DNA from: Armatimonadota bacterium
GTDB lineage: Bacteria > Armatimonadota > HRBIN16
Direction of reading: 5' to 3'
NCBI GenBank assembly: GCA_963677485.1
Contig: OY781964.1
Coordinates: 940,391-1,004,390, forward strand
Length of the DNA: 64,000 nucleotides
This document shows positions 40,200-50,490 of this stretch, piece by piece. The translations under genes were made by a program, and so were the position numbers. The notes beneath the pieces are model-generated. The model saw only the letters and a program-made list of their open reading frames with translations, searched no databases and was not told the DNA's origin. Positions within the stretch are counted from its first letter, which is position 1. Each line of letters begins with the position of its first letter.

Positions 40200-41019
40200 G
40201 CAACCTGGCTCTCTTGCTCAGAATATCGCCATCGAGTTGGCTGATGGCATCAATGATCGCCATACGAAAACTGCCGTTCCCCTTGCCCCCAGCAACATCA
40301 GCGGCAAGCTCGCCTGCGATGCCCATCGAAAGCACACCTCCCGCAGCCGCCGCGAGGTAATCGTCTGATGCACCGCAGAAGCTCCCGACTAACGAGCTGC
40401 ACATGCAACCTGTACCGGTGATCCTAGACATCAGACTGGAGCCGTTCTCTATGGTCAGCGTGCGCCTTCCATCGGATATGATGTCGGTGGCACCGGTGAT
40501 AGCCGTCACGCATTTGAGCCTTAACGCCACCACCTTGGCGGTCTCTATCCCCTTAGCGATTCCGCCCTTCATGTCCGCATCCGATGCATCGACCCCGAGG
40601 GTGGAGGACTGTAACCCCGCGACGAACATGATCTCCGACATATTACCGCGGATCACAGCGATCTTAACCTGCTCCAGCAGACGCCTGGTGGTCTCATTCC
40701 GCAGCGTGGAAGCGCCGGCACCCACCGGATCGAGTATCACAGGGATATGGCGGGCATTGGCGAACCTGCCAGCAGCGAGCATCGATTCCACGGTCCGATG
40801 GTTCAGGGTGCCGATGTTCAACACCAGTGCCGAGGTGATCGATACGATGTCTTCCATCTCATCGATGTCATCAGCCATAATCGGAGAGCCGCCGATTGCC
40901 AGCGTCACATTGGCACAGTCGTTGACTGTCACATAGTTGGTAATATGATGCACGAGAGGCTTATTCGCCCGCACCTCTTGTAGGATCTGAGCGATAGATT
41001 GAAGTGTCACGCTTTCCAA
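40189..41019 (-). CDS. thiM: Hydroxyethylthiazole kinase
   Basis: [30 protein letters not shown] and [15 protein letters not shown] motifs. Confidence 0.88.
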   Translation of the reverse strand: MESVTLQSIAQILQEVRANKPLVHHITNYVTVNDCANVTLAIGGSPIMADDIDEMEDIVSITSALVLNIGTLNHRTVESMLAAGRFANARHIPVILDPVGAGASTLRNETTRRLLEQVKIAVIRGNMSEIMFVAGLQSSTLGVDASDADMKGGIAKGIETAKVVALRLKCVTAITGATDIISDGRRTLTIENGSSLMSRITGTGCMCSSLVGSFCGASDDYLAAAAGGVLSMGIAGELAADVAGGKGNGSFRMAIIDAISQLDGDILSKRARLHEA

Positions 41020-41032
41020 TAGTGGTATTTCC

Positions 41033-42337
41033 TTACTGCAATAGTTCGACGTCTTGCCCGTCGATGATCTGGTTCATTGTTTTGACCGCGCACATCTTGC
41101 CGCACATAGAGCAGCTATGCCTGTCGGCTGGCGGGACGCTTTCGTAATATGCTCTCGCCTTATCGCTGTCGATCGCGAGCTCAAACATCGCATCCCAGTC
41201 CAGGGCACGGCGGGCGACCGCCATGCGGTCATCAATACCACGGGCGCCTTTGATTCCTATCGCGATATCTGCCGCATGAGCCGCGATTTTCGAAGCCACG
41301 ATGCCTTCTCGCACATCCGCCAGGTTTGGCAGCCGCAGATGCTCAGCGGGGGTCACATAACACAGGAAATCGGCGCCATTCATCGCTGCGATCGCACCGC
41401 CTATGGCTGACGTGATGTGGTCATATCCAGGCGCGATATCCGTGACCAACGGCCCCAGCACATAGAACGGTACGCCATGGCACAGCCGCTTCTGAAGCTT
41501 CATATTCGCGGCGATCTCATCCATTGCCATATGGCCAGGACCTTCCACCAGCACTTGAACATCTTTCTGCCAGGCGCGCTTGGTGAGATATCCCAGCTCC
41601 GTCAGCTCCGCTATCTGAGATGCATCTGACGCGTCCTTCAGGCAGCCTGGCCGACAGGCATCGCCAAGACTGATCGTCACATCATGCTCACGCAGAATAT
41701 CGAGCAACTCGTCGTAATGCTCAAAGAAGGGGTTTTCATTGTTCGTCATCTTCATCCAGGCAAACAACAACGAACCGCCTCGCGACACGATGTTCATCTG
41801 ACGCTTTTCACGCATGAACAGGTCGACCACTCTCCGGTTGAGACCGGCATGGATGGTCATAAAGTCGACGCCTTCGCGGGCATGTATCCTGACGACCTCC
41901 AGGAAGTCCTGCGCAGTGATATCCTTCAAATCTTTCTCCAGGTAGCCGATCGCGTCATAAATCGGCACAGTGCCGATCATGGCGGGAGAGCAGCCCACCA
42001 GCCAGCTTCGGAACTCGCGTGTCTTTCCGTAGTTGCTCAGATCCATGATCGATTCGGCACCGAACTGGATGGACAGGTTCACTTTCTCTTGTTCGTTTGA
42101 GTAGTCCGCACAGTCACCCGAAACCCCCAGGTTCACGTTGATTTTCGTGCGGAGCCCTGCGCCGATGCCATATGGATGCAGCGCAGTATGGTTGATATTC
42201 GCGGGGATAGTCACCTGTCCGGATGCGACCAGCGCGAGAAGCTCCTGCTGCGGCAGACCCTCTTCTGCAGCGACCAGGGCGATCTGTTTGGTCACGATGC
42301 CCTTTTTGGCGGCTTCCATCTGAGTTCTATAGTTCAT
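41033..42337 (-). CDS. thiC: Phosphomethylpyrimidine synthase (radical SAM)
   Basis: [17 protein letters not shown]-terminus (clostridial-type short ThiC); C-terminal Fe-S motif CSMCGKMC; start placed at ATG 42337 rather than ORF-track 42445. Confidence 0.9.
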   Translation of the reverse strand: MNYRTQMEAAKKGIVTKQIALVAAEEGLPQQELLALVASGQVTIPANINHTALHPYGIGAGLRTKINVNLGVSGDCADYSNEQEKVNLSIQFGAESIMDLSNYGKTREFRSWLVGCSPAMIGTVPIYDAIGYLEKDLKDITAQDFLEVVRIHAREGVDFMTIHAGLNRRVVDLFMREKRQMNIVSRGGSLLFAWMKMTNNENPFFEHYDELLDILREHDVTISLGDACRPGCLKDASDASQIAELTELGYLTKRAWQKDVQVLVEGPGHMAMDEIAANMKLQKRLCHGVPFYVLGPLVTDIAPGYDHITSAIGGAIAAMNGADFLCYVTPAEHLRLPNLADVREGIVASKIAAHAADIAIGIKGARGIDDRMAVARRALDWDAMFELAIDSDKARAYYESVPPADRHSCSMCGKMCAVKTMNQIIDGQDVELLQ

Positions 42338-43148
42338 TTGAATCTGCTCCTGTAGGTAATCCATTGCGATAGAGATCATAAAAATGGTGAGTTGGCCCGC
42401 AGCCTTTTCCAATTGCCAGCGCATGCCTGATAGCCGTTGTGACATACTCTTTCGCCTTGCCTACGGCATCTGCCATGTTAAGGCCTAGAGCAAGATTTGA
42501 CGCGATGGCCGACGAATACGTGCAGCCCGTCCCATGGGTGTTCTTGGTGTCGATGCGCTCTGTGGAGTAACAGGAGAATTGTTGGCCGTCGTAAAGAACA
42601 TCCAGCGCGTCACCTGCAGCATGACCACCCTTCACCAGCACACCTTTTGCCCCAAGCCCGCATATCACCTTGGCGGCCTGCTTCATATCATCGGTCGAGT
42701 GTATCTCCATCTGAGCGATTTTCTCAGCCTCGGGGATATTAGGAGTCAGCAGGTCTGCCAGTGGGAGTATCTCTTGAATGAGCGTATCGATGGCATCCGG
42801 GTTCATCAGAGCGCAGCCGTTTTTTGCATACATCACAGGGTCGATCACCACATTCCCCGGATGGTAGGCCCTCAGTTTCCGTGCAACAGCCATCATGCAT
42901 TGCGGCTGTGAAAGCATCCCCACCTTAACTGCGTCCGTTCCGATATCCTCAAAGATCGCGTCTATCTGCTTCTCAATCATATCGGGTGTGATATCTTGAA
43001 TGTCGATCACTCGAAATGTGTTCTCAGCCACCACCGACACGATCACACTCATGCCGTAGACGCCGTGCGCCGAGAATGTTTTGAGGTCAGCCTGTATCCC
43101 GGCACCTCCGCTGCAATCTGACCCGGCAATGGTCAGCACTTTCTTCAT
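42327..43148 (-). CDS. thiD: Hydroxymethylpyrimidine/phosphomethylpyrimidine kinase
   Basis: [36 protein letters not shown]; AAGGAG SD upstream. Confidence 0.9.
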   Translation of the reverse strand: MKKVLTIAGSDCSGGAGIQADLKTFSAHGVYGMSVIVSVVAENTFRVIDIQDITPDMIEKQIDAIFEDIGTDAVKVGMLSQPQCMMAVARKLRAYHPGNVVIDPVMYAKNGCALMNPDAIDTLIQEILPLADLLTPNIPEAEKIAQMEIHSTDDMKQAAKVICGLGAKGVLVKGGHAAGDALDVLYDGQQFSCYSTERIDTKNTHGTGCTYSSAIASNLALGLNMADAVGKAKEYVTTAIRHALAIGKGCGPTHHFYDLYRNGLPTGADSNEL

Positions 43149-43284
43149 CGGGTTCTCCTTATCCGTCGCGCAACGCGTCGTTCAATGCGGTGTATTCTGT
43201 CAGAGACACTAGACCAATGCACAGAAGGCGCCTTCCTGTCTACAGGAAAGCGCCTTCATCAATAGTTTTTTTGTATGTGATTTT

Positions 43285-43372
43285 TTGCTTCCCTACGCTA
43301 GTGTTAACTACCAGGTTCAAGGGGTCAGGTTTTACCTTCTCAACTCTTTCGAGTTCCCCCGCAAATATTTAG
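43285..43372 (-). ncRNA. TPP (thiamine pyrophosphate) riboswitch / THI element in 5' leader of thiDCME
   Basis: Minus-strand sequence GGGGAACUCGAAAGAGUUGAGAAGGUAAAACCUGACCCCUUGAACCUGGUAGUUAACACUAGCGUAGGGAAGC contains UGAGA and ACCUG..AGCGUAGGGAAG thi-box consensus; followed by 14-bp hairpin (43221..43256) then SD/ATG of thiD. Confidence 0.85.
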
Positions 43373-43387
43373 TTTTTCTACGTACAC

Positions 43388-43416
43388 AATCTAACACTTA
43401 ACGTGTTGGTTGTCAA
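43388..43416 (-). promoter_or_regulatory. Candidate sigma70 promoter for thi operon (TTGACA-17-TAGATT) just upstream of riboswitch
   Basis: Minus-strand ttgaca (43411-43416) and tagatt (43388-43393) with 17-nt spacer, about 10 nt before the aptamer. Confidence 0.45.
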
Positions 43417-43462
43417 AGCACCCAGCATATTCACTGGGTGCTTTATACTTGACGTACCGAGG

Positions 43463-44785
43463 CTAGAATTTGACTTCTACCGCCTCAACCGCAGCGATGC
43501 CACCCTCATATCCTGGCTTACCCAGCAGCTTGAACATGTTCAGCTTGTAGGCTTCCACACCGGGCTGGTTGAAGGGGTTGACGCCCTGCATCAGGCAGCT
43601 GACGCCGCATGCATACTCAAACATATACATCAGCGCTCCCAGGCTGGCGGCGCTCAGTTCCGCAAGATGGATGGTCAGGTTTGGCACCCCGCCATCACGA
43701 TGCGCGGCGGCGGTGGCCTCGTAGGCCATCTGATTCACCCAACTGATCGGCTTGCCAGCCAGGTAGTTCATGCCATCGGCGTCCACATCCCAGGCGGGCA
43801 CCGTCAGATCGGGCTCTCCCCCATCAATGATCACGAAGCTCTCGATCAGGTTCCTGCGCCCCTCCTGAACATACTGACCCATGCTGTGCAGGTCAGTGGT
43901 GAAGTCCACAGCCGCCGGGAACAGTCCGATGTTCTGCTTGCCTTCGCTTTCGCCAAAGAGCTGCTTCCACCACTCAGCTAAGGTATGAAGACGCGGTTCA
44001 AAGTTGGCCAGCAGCTCGGTGCTGTAGCCCTGGTGGTAGAGCACATTCCGGGCGGCGGCGTAGAATAGCGCGGGGTTCTTCAACGGATCATCGCTGCCAG
44101 CGCACAGTTTGGCACACTCGGCAGCTCCCTGAACCAACGCTTTGATATCTACCCCAGCGTATCCGATGGGCAATAGTCCCACCGCACTCAACACGGAATA
44201 GCGTCCGCCGATGGTGTCCGGCACCACGAATGTGGCACAGCCCATCTCGCGGGCAAGCTTCAACAGGGAGCCCTTATTGGCATCCGTGGTGGCTACAATC
44301 CACTCGCTCTGCTTGTCGGCAGGTACCAGTTGCTTCAACAGCCGGAAGGCCACTGCAGGCTCGGTCGTGGTGCCCGATTTGCTGATGACGTTGATGGCCA
44401 CCCTCTTGCCGGAAAGCTGCTTGATGAGTTTTGTGGCATAATCGGCACTGATATTCTGGCCTGCATAGACCACCTGTTCTGGGCAGTCGGAAAGGGCTTC
44501 AATGACTGCCCGAGAGCCGAGGTAGCTTCCGCCGATGCCAATAACCACAAGCATGTCGGTCTCTTTGCGAAGTTGGGCGATCTTGGCGTTCAGCCGTGAG
44601 TTTTCATCACTCGTGAGTATCTCCGCAGGGCTCAACCATCCGGTGAACTCGGCACCGGCGCAGCGAGCTTCTCGCAAGTTACGGGCACAGGCTGACACCT
44701 GCACCGATCGTTCGGCCACCATCTCGGCGGTCAGGTTAGGGGCCAGATACTTGGCATCGAGCGTGATTGGTGATTTTATTGACAT
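43463..44785 (-). CDS. pgi: Glucose-6-phosphate isomerase
   Basis: VIGIGGSYLGSRAV motif and overall PGI-length sequence with SIS domains; hairpin aaagcacccag...ctgggtgcttt downstream. Confidence 0.85.
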   Translation of the reverse strand: MSIKSPITLDAKYLAPNLTAEMVAERSVQVSACARNLREARCAGAEFTGWLSPAEILTSDENSRLNAKIAQLRKETDMLVVIGIGGSYLGSRAVIEALSDCPEQVVYAGQNISADYATKLIKQLSGKRVAINVISKSGTTTEPAVAFRLLKQLVPADKQSEWIVATTDANKGSLLKLAREMGCATFVVPDTIGGRYSVLSAVGLLPIGYAGVDIKALVQGAAECAKLCAGSDDPLKNPALFYAAARNVLYHQGYSTELLANFEPRLHTLAEWWKQLFGESEGKQNIGLFPAAVDFTTDLHSMGQYVQEGRRNLIESFVIIDGGEPDLTVPAWDVDADGMNYLAGKPISWVNQMAYEATAAAHRDGGVPNLTIHLAELSAASLGALMYMFEYACGVSCLMQGVNPFNQPGVEAYKLNMFKLLGKPGYEGGIAAVEAVEVKF

Positions 44786-44799
44786 AGTTTTCTCCGAAT

Positions 44800-45495
44800 C
44801 TAATTCTTAGGTGCCGAAGCACTCTCTTTTTCTGGTGCGAAATGGTGCCATATCCATAACCCCATGCCTAGCAGGATCACAGCGGCAATGACGTAGTCAA
44901 CACCATGCAGGTATTTGCCCACTGTGCTCCAGTTTTGCCCCAGCTTGACTCCCGCCCAGGTCAACAGGTAACACCACGGCACGGAACCTGCGAAGCTAAG
45001 GGCCAAAAACGGCATGAGGGGTACTCTGCTGACTCCTGCAGGGAAGGAGATGAATGTGCGGATAATGGGAAGCAGCCGGCTGATAAAAACCGCGGAAAGC
45101 CCGTATTTATCAAAAAAGCGATCTGCTGCATCCATATCACGCCTTCGGATGAGGATGTATTTGCCGTATTTATCGATGAACGGACGTCCTCCGTACATGC
45201 CAGCCATATAGGCAACATAGCTTCCTACCATACAGCCAATGGCTCCTGCCATCGAAGCGTAATGGATATTAAACTCGCCTTGGCTCACCGCATATCCGGC
45301 AAACGGCATGATTAGTTCACTGGGTAACGGGATACAGGCACTCTCGATGGCCATTAATGTGCCGATTCCGGCATATCCTCCGCCGGTGATCACACCTTCG
45401 ACCCATTTCCCTATGGAGACGAGTATGGTGTGCAGCGCCGAGGGGGAGTTCGCTACAGCCAGGTACATCGCTAGAAGTGCATTTATTCTTACCAC
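44800..45495 (-). CDS. DedA-family (VTT/SNARE-associated) membrane protein
   Basis: GYAGIGTLMAIESACIPLPSELIMPFAGY DedA signature; multiple TM helices; GTG start. Confidence 0.75.
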   Translation of the reverse strand: MVRINALLAMYLAVANSPSALHTILVSIGKWVEGVITGGGYAGIGTLMAIESACIPLPSELIMPFAGYAVSQGEFNIHYASMAGAIGCMVGSYVAYMAGMYGGRPFIDKYGKYILIRRRDMDAADRFFDKYGLSAVFISRLLPIIRTFISFPAGVSRVPLMPFLALSFAGSVPWCYLLTWAGVKLGQNWSTVGKYLHGVDYVIAAVILLGMGLWIWHHFAPEKESASAPKN

Positions 45496-45623
45496 GAGCA
45501 GGGGGTGTCCTCCTTAGGGCAACCTGTGTTTACTTACAGTCCAGTATAATTATATAACGGATAGGAATTGTTATCTGGTTCCAAAACACAATGGACCTTA
45601 GGTGACACGAACAGGAGCAGAAA

Positions 45624-46883
45624 ATGGATGATGTTATCACGGCATTAACCCAGCAGGCTATGGATGCACGCGTTGCGGCGTATGAACTGGCTACAATAAG
45701 CACTGCGGCTAAAAACCAGGCACTGCTTTCAATGGCTAAAGCTCTAGTCGATGCTGAACCTGCGATTTTGGCGGCTAACGAGGCGGATATCGCCGCAGCC
45801 CGCACAAATGGCCTGACAGAACCTATGATCGAACGCCTGACGCTGGATCATAAACGAATTCTCGCGATGGCCGAGGGTATGGAGCAAGTCGCTTCACTTC
45901 CAGACCCAGTGGGCGAAATTGTCAGCGGGTCCGTACGGCCAAATGGCCTGCGCATCCAACAGGTTCGATCACCTTTAGGGGTCATCGGCATTATCTATGA
46001 GAGCCGACCGAATGTCACCGCTGATGCGGCGGCGCTTTGCCTAAAAAGCGGAAACGCCGTGATACTACGCGGTGGTAAAGAGGCGTATAACAGCAACAAA
46101 GCGATCACCGATGTGCTGACCGCCGCGATTGTATCGGCCGGACTGCCTGCATGCTCTGTGCAGATGGTGCAGACGATCGACCGTGAGGCCACCACCGGAC
46201 TTATGCGTATGACCAAATGGGTGGACTGCATCATCCCTCGCGGCGGAGCAGGGTTGATCAACCATGTGGTGCAAAACAGCACCGTACCGGTCATCGAGAC
46301 CGGGGCTGGCAACTGCCATACATACATACATGATGATGCTGACCTCAAAATGGCGCTCGACATCGCGGTCAACGCGAAGTGCCAGCGGCCCAGCGTGTGT
46401 AATTCTATGGAGACACTGCTGGTGCATTCACGCATTGCGGAGTTCTACCTGCCGCTGCTGGCCGACGTGATGGCAGAAAAAGGTGTGGAGCTGCGTGGTT
46501 GCGAACGAACAATGACATATATTCCGTCAGCGATTCCCGCAACCGAGGAAGATTGGGCCACGGAATACAACGCACTGATTCTGGCCGTCAAAATAGTCGA
46601 CAATGTGCATGAGGCTGTGGCACATATCAATAAATATGGCACCCGCCACTCTGAGACTATTGTCACAAAGAGCCTGAAGCATTCGCAGATATTCACACGA
46701 GGGATTGACGCGGCGGCTGTCTACGTGAACGCCAGCACCCGCTTTACTGATGGCTTCGAGTTCGGGTTCGGTGCCGAAATCGGCATCAGCACCCAGAAGC
46801 TGCACGCACGCGGCCCCATGGGTCTAAAAGAACTGACCACCACTCGGTATATCATTCACGGTGACGGACAGATTAGAGGCTAA
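45624..46883 (+). CDS. proA: Gamma-glutamyl phosphate reductase (glutamate-5-semialdehyde dehydrogenase)
   Basis: ALDH-fold; GVIGIIYESRPNVTADAAALCLKSGNAVILRGGKEA; catalytic Cys region; TATAAT -10 and AGGAG SD upstream. Confidence 0.9.
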   Translation: MDDVITALTQQAMDARVAAYELATISTAAKNQALLSMAKALVDAEPAILAANEADIAAARTNGLTEPMIERLTLDHKRILAMAEGMEQVASLPDPVGEIVSGSVRPNGLRIQQVRSPLGVIGIIYESRPNVTADAAALCLKSGNAVILRGGKEAYNSNKAITDVLTAAIVSAGLPACSVQMVQTIDREATTGLMRMTKWVDCIIPRGGAGLINHVVQNSTVPVIETGAGNCHTYIHDDADLKMALDIAVNAKCQRPSVCNSMETLLVHSRIAEFYLPLLADVMAEKGVELRGCERTMTYIPSAIPATEEDWATEYNALILAVKIVDNVHEAVAHINKYGTRHSETIVTKSLKHSQIFTRGIDAAAVYVNASTRFTDGFEFGFGAEIGISTQKLHARGPMGLKELTTTRYIIHGDGQIRG

Positions 46884-47486
46884 ATGCATATCGGGATATA
46901 CGGGGGTAGTTTCAATCCCATACACCATGGTCACTTGATCCTGGCACAGCACACAGCGGAAATCTGTGGTATCGACAGAATGCTGCTGGTGCCGTGCCAT
47001 ACCCCCGTACACAAACATCCGCAAGAGTTAGCGTGTGCGGAGCTGCGGTGGCAGATGGTAAAGGCATCTGTAGCTGGTCACCCGCTGCTCGAAGCATGTG
47101 ATGTCGAGATCCGGCGTCCCGGCCCCTCGTTCACCTCGGATACGCTGCAGGAGCTGCACAGGATGTATCCTGACGACCACTTTTCGATGCTGATCGGTAC
47201 GGACACTCTTCTTCAAATCGCCCAGTGGCATCAGCCTGAAATGATTTTATCCCTGTGCAATTTGCTAGTTTTACATCGTCCTGGTTACCGGGTTGATCGT
47301 CCTGAGCAGTATCTACCCATGGGTTCACCTGCAGAATGCGTCACAATGATAGAGGCGCCCCATTTACAGATTTCGTCTTCGGATATCCGGCAGCGAATTG
47401 CTGATGGCAAGTCTATTCGTTACTTGACACCAGATGCAGCAGTCCAAATTATGGATGAGCATCTTCTTTACCGTAAAACACTCTGA
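46884..47486 (+). CDS. nadD: Nicotinate-nucleotide adenylyltransferase
   Basis: GIYGGSFNPIHHGHL (H/T)xGH nucleotidyltransferase motif; ISSSDIR. Confidence 0.88.
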   Translation: MHIGIYGGSFNPIHHGHLILAQHTAEICGIDRMLLVPCHTPVHKHPQELACAELRWQMVKASVAGHPLLEACDVEIRRPGPSFTSDTLQELHRMYPDDHFSMLIGTDTLLQIAQWHQPEMILSLCNLLVLHRPGYRVDRPEQYLPMGSPAECVTMIEAPHLQISSSDIRQRIADGKSIRYLTPDAAVQIMDEHLLYRKTL

Positions 47487-47504
47487 GGAAACAACGTACG
47501 TCAC

Positions 47505-48449
47505 ATGAATAAGTCGCGCATAGCCTGGGTCGGACTGGGCATTCTGGTCGTCGCTGCCGCCATTACGGCAGGCATCATGATGGGTTTAAATAAAGTGATG
47601 CCCTCTTCTCACAACAACTCCGCTCACAATGAGATTCAGATCAGTCGAATGAAGCTTCTGGTGATGGGCCTTGATGAAGTGGGTAAGAACACAGACACCC
47701 TCGCTGCGGTCGATGTCGATGCCGCCAGCAACACCATCTCAGTTTTATCAATACCCCGTGACACGCGTACAGACATTGAGGGCCACCGAACCTTCCGTAT
47801 CAATGCAGCATACGCCTGGGGCGGGATCGATCTGGCCAAATCGACGGTTGAAAAGCTCATTGGAGATACGTTCGACCACTATATCATAGTGAGACTTGAG
47901 GGTTTTGCTCAGGTGATCGACGCTATGGGTGGCGTAGACATCGACGTCGAAAAAGACATGGACTATGTCGACCGCGGACAGAAGCTGTATATCCACCTTC
48001 GCAAAGGCAACCGCCACCTCACAGGCGAAACCGCCATCCATTATGCACGATTCCGGCATGACGCCCGCGGTGACCTGGGCCGCGTCGTGCGTCAGCAAAA
48101 GCTGCTGAGAGCCGTGCTGGAAAAGATGCTTAGCCCTAAAATGCTGCCGCAACTACCCCAACTGATGCAGGTGGCCAAACAAAACAGTGATACCGACCTG
48201 AGCATCCCCCAGATGATCGCACTGGCAAGGCAAGCCCGGAAATCTGGTGACGACGGCCTGAAGACCGCCATGCTCTCGGGAGCACCTAAGATGATCAACG
48301 GCGGCAGCTTCTATGTCGTCGAACTGCCGGAAGCGACTGAAGGCATACAAGCTATTGTCGATGCCATCGTCAAAACTAACGAGCCAGAACCAACGGCACA
48401 CCCCGCTGCCGCACTCTCCCAAAGCACCGCCCCTAAAGGAGGCCTATGA
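47505..48449 (+). CDS. LCP-family (LytR-CpsA-Psr) cell-envelope glycopolymer transferase
   Basis: N-terminal TM; LLVMGLDE...NTDTLAAVDVD...ISVLSIPRDT LCP core; RFRHDARGDLGR. Confidence 0.8.
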   Translation: MNKSRIAWVGLGILVVAAAITAGIMMGLNKVMPSSHNNSAHNEIQISRMKLLVMGLDEVGKNTDTLAAVDVDAASNTISVLSIPRDTRTDIEGHRTFRINAAYAWGGIDLAKSTVEKLIGDTFDHYIIVRLEGFAQVIDAMGGVDIDVEKDMDYVDRGQKLYIHLRKGNRHLTGETAIHYARFRHDARGDLGRVVRQQKLLRAVLEKMLSPKMLPQLPQLMQVAKQNSDTDLSIPQMIALARQARKSGDDGLKTAMLSGAPKMINGGSFYVVELPEATEGIQAIVDAIVKTNEPEPTAHPAAALSQSTAPKGGL

Positions 48450-48784
48450 TTTTGACTTCTAAAGAACGTGTAGACATAATAATCGCCGCTGCCGAAGAGG
48501 TAAAAGCGGAAGATATCCAAACCGTAGAGTTGATTGGTAAAACACTTATCGCGGACTACTTTGTGATAGCCACCGGCCGCACCAACGTGCAAGCGCGCGC
48601 CATCGCGGACCGCATACTGGAACGCTGCCGCGAGTCTGGTTACAAAAAAGTGCAGGACGAAGGTTACCGCGAAGCGCAGTGGATTGTTCTAGATTACGGT
48701 GATGTGATCGTGCATGTCATGCAGCCTGAGCAGCGCGAATACTATAGCATCGAAGACCTGTGGAAGAACTTCGTCCGGGAGTAA
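48446..48784 (+). CDS. rsfS: Ribosome silencing factor RsfS (Iojap)
   Basis: ADYFVIATGRTNVQARAIADRILE; conserved position after nadD. Confidence 0.85.
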   Translation: MILTSKERVDIIIAAAEEVKAEDIQTVELIGKTLIADYFVIATGRTNVQARAIADRILERCRESGYKKVQDEGYREAQWIVLDYGDVIVHVMQPEQREYYSIEDLWKNFVRE

Positions 48785-48806
48785 CTCGGTAGAATCGAGG
48801 CCATTC

Positions 48807-49469
48807 ATGACAGACCAGACAAACCAGCCCGATATACAACAGAAGATTGAGCTTCAACTACGCCAGGCCATCTTACAGCAGATGCGTGGCGACCTGGTTG
48901 AGGCTCAGAAAGCCTGCGTGGAGATACTCAGACTCGAACCCCGCCATGTGGAAGCTCTGGAGTTGATGGGCGATCTGCTATGTGCCAGGGGTGATACGGT
49001 ACACGCCATCATCGCCTACCGGCAAGCTAAAGATAACTCAGTGCAAGGAACGCCGGCGTATGCATCGGCAGAACGCAAGTGGGCGACGCTGCTATACGAG
49101 CAATCGCTACCTGAACTTGAACCGTCTGAAGTTCGGATAAGCCCTGTGATCGCTCTGGTATTGTCATTGATGCTGCCTGGTGTGGCTCACCTGTGGATGA
49201 GGCAGTTCACTAAGGCTGGCATCATGATAGGTTGCGGGATGGTGTTGACCACTCTCCTGCTCTTTTCGCCATGGGGAATCATCGAAACTCGGACTGTATC
49301 GGCCATCACAACTGGTCCTGTTCTACTCTCGTTTTTACTGATGTCAGTGGCATTCACTGCCGCTATCGATGCTTATCAGATCGCAGCAGGCTTGAAACCC
49401 AAAGCTGCTAAGCCTGTTCACCCGGCTCTGCCAGAGGAGGTCCGCAACAACCCAGATGCCAAGCCCTAA
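48807..49469 (+). CDS. TPR-repeat protein with C-terminal membrane-spanning region
   Basis: TPR-like helices (EAQKACVEILRLEPRHVEALELMGDLLCARGD...AIIAYRQA), then 3 hydrophobic helices; start moved to ATG 48807. Confidence 0.55.
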   Translation: MTDQTNQPDIQQKIELQLRQAILQQMRGDLVEAQKACVEILRLEPRHVEALELMGDLLCARGDTVHAIIAYRQAKDNSVQGTPAYASAERKWATLLYEQSLPELEPSEVRISPVIALVLSLMLPGVAHLWMRQFTKAGIMIGCGMVLTTLLLFSPWGIIETRTVSAITTGPVLLSFLLMSVAFTAAIDAYQIAAGLKPKAAKPVHPALPEEVRNNPDAKP

Positions 49470-50490
49470 CCCCACGGAACCTATCGCCAGCATCCACCCC
49501 AAAGTGGGGATCATCGGTGCTGGCGGCATGGCGAAGCGCCATGGTGCCGCTTATATGCAAATGAAAGATGTCTGCACCGTCCAGGCGGTGCATGATTTCA
49601 GTGCTGAGTATGGGGGGATGGTGGCGGCTAACTGTCACGCAGAATACATCGACAGCTACGAGCAGATACTCGAATGCGTCGACGTCGTCGATATCTGCCT
49701 GCCCACTCCCTGGCATCTACAATATGTCTCTCAGGCACTTCAGGCTGGTAAGCATGTGATATGCGAAAAGCCCATGGCGCTATCAGTCGCGGAATGCCGC
49801 CAGATGATAGAGCTGGCTGAAGAACACGATCGTCTGCTCTACCCCGCTCACGTGCTGCGTTTCTTCCCTGACTTCGCGGCCGCGCACCGAGCCATACGCT
49901 CTGGACAGATCGGTACCCCGCAGATCGTCTGCACACGGCGCGGCGGCGACCATCCCCGTTCACCCATCGGCTGGTATGCCGACCCCAAGCTGAGCGGCGG
50001 TGTGATGCTGGACCTCATCATCCATGATTTTGACTGGCTACGCTGGACATTTGGCGAGGTGGCTGAGGTGAGTGCCGAATCGCTGACCTACCGCGGGCTG
50101 GATCACCTGGACTACGCCTTCGTGACGCTGCGCTTTGAAAGCGGCGTGCTGGCATTTGTCGAGGGGAGCTGGGCAGACCCTGGGGGCTTCAGCATCGAAT
50201 TCGAAGCCACAGGCAGCAGCGGACAGTTCCGCTTTGGCAACAAGGACACAGCGGTCATAGAGCTATCGAGCCGCACCGAGGCCATGGGGGTCAAAAAAGG
50301 CGTCAGTCAGGCACTGCCCACCACCAGCATCAACTCCTACGAGCAAGAGCTGCGCCACTTTGTGGCGATACTAAATGGTGCAGAGCCCGTGATCACCGCG
50401 CATGATGGGCTGAAGGCTGTGCAGATAGCCCAAGCGGCTCAGATCAGCGTCCAAACCGGACGGCCGGTGAACCCCGCGGAGGTGGAGTAG
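49456..50490 (+). CDS. Gfo/Idh/MocA-family NAD(P)-dependent oxidoreductase
   Basis: Rossmann KVGIIGAGGMAKRHGAAY; EKP motif HVICEKPMA; C-terminal alpha/beta domain. Confidence 0.85.
   Translation: MPSPNPTEPIASIHPKVGIIGAGGMAKRHGAAYMQMKDVCTVQAVHDFSAEYGGMVAANCHAEYIDSYEQILECVDVVDICLPTPWHLQYVSQALQAGKHVICEKPMALSVAECRQMIELAEEHDRLLYPAHVLRFFPDFAAAHRAIRSGQIGTPQIVCTRRGGDHPRSPIGWYADPKLSGGVMLDLIIHDFDWLRWTFGEVAEVSAESLTYRGLDHLDYAFVTLRFESGVLAFVEGSWADPGGFSIEFEATGSSGQFRFGNKDTAVIELSSRTEAMGVKKGVSQALPTTSINSYEQELRHFVAILNGAEPVITAHDGLKAVQIAQAAQISVQTGRPVNPAEVE

Noticed and set aside
43221-43256. Hairpin between TPP aptamer and thiD as a canonical intrinsic terminator
   Set aside because: On the mRNA (minus) strand it is not followed by a U-tract. 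It is retained only as a putative expression-platform element within the riboswitch finding.
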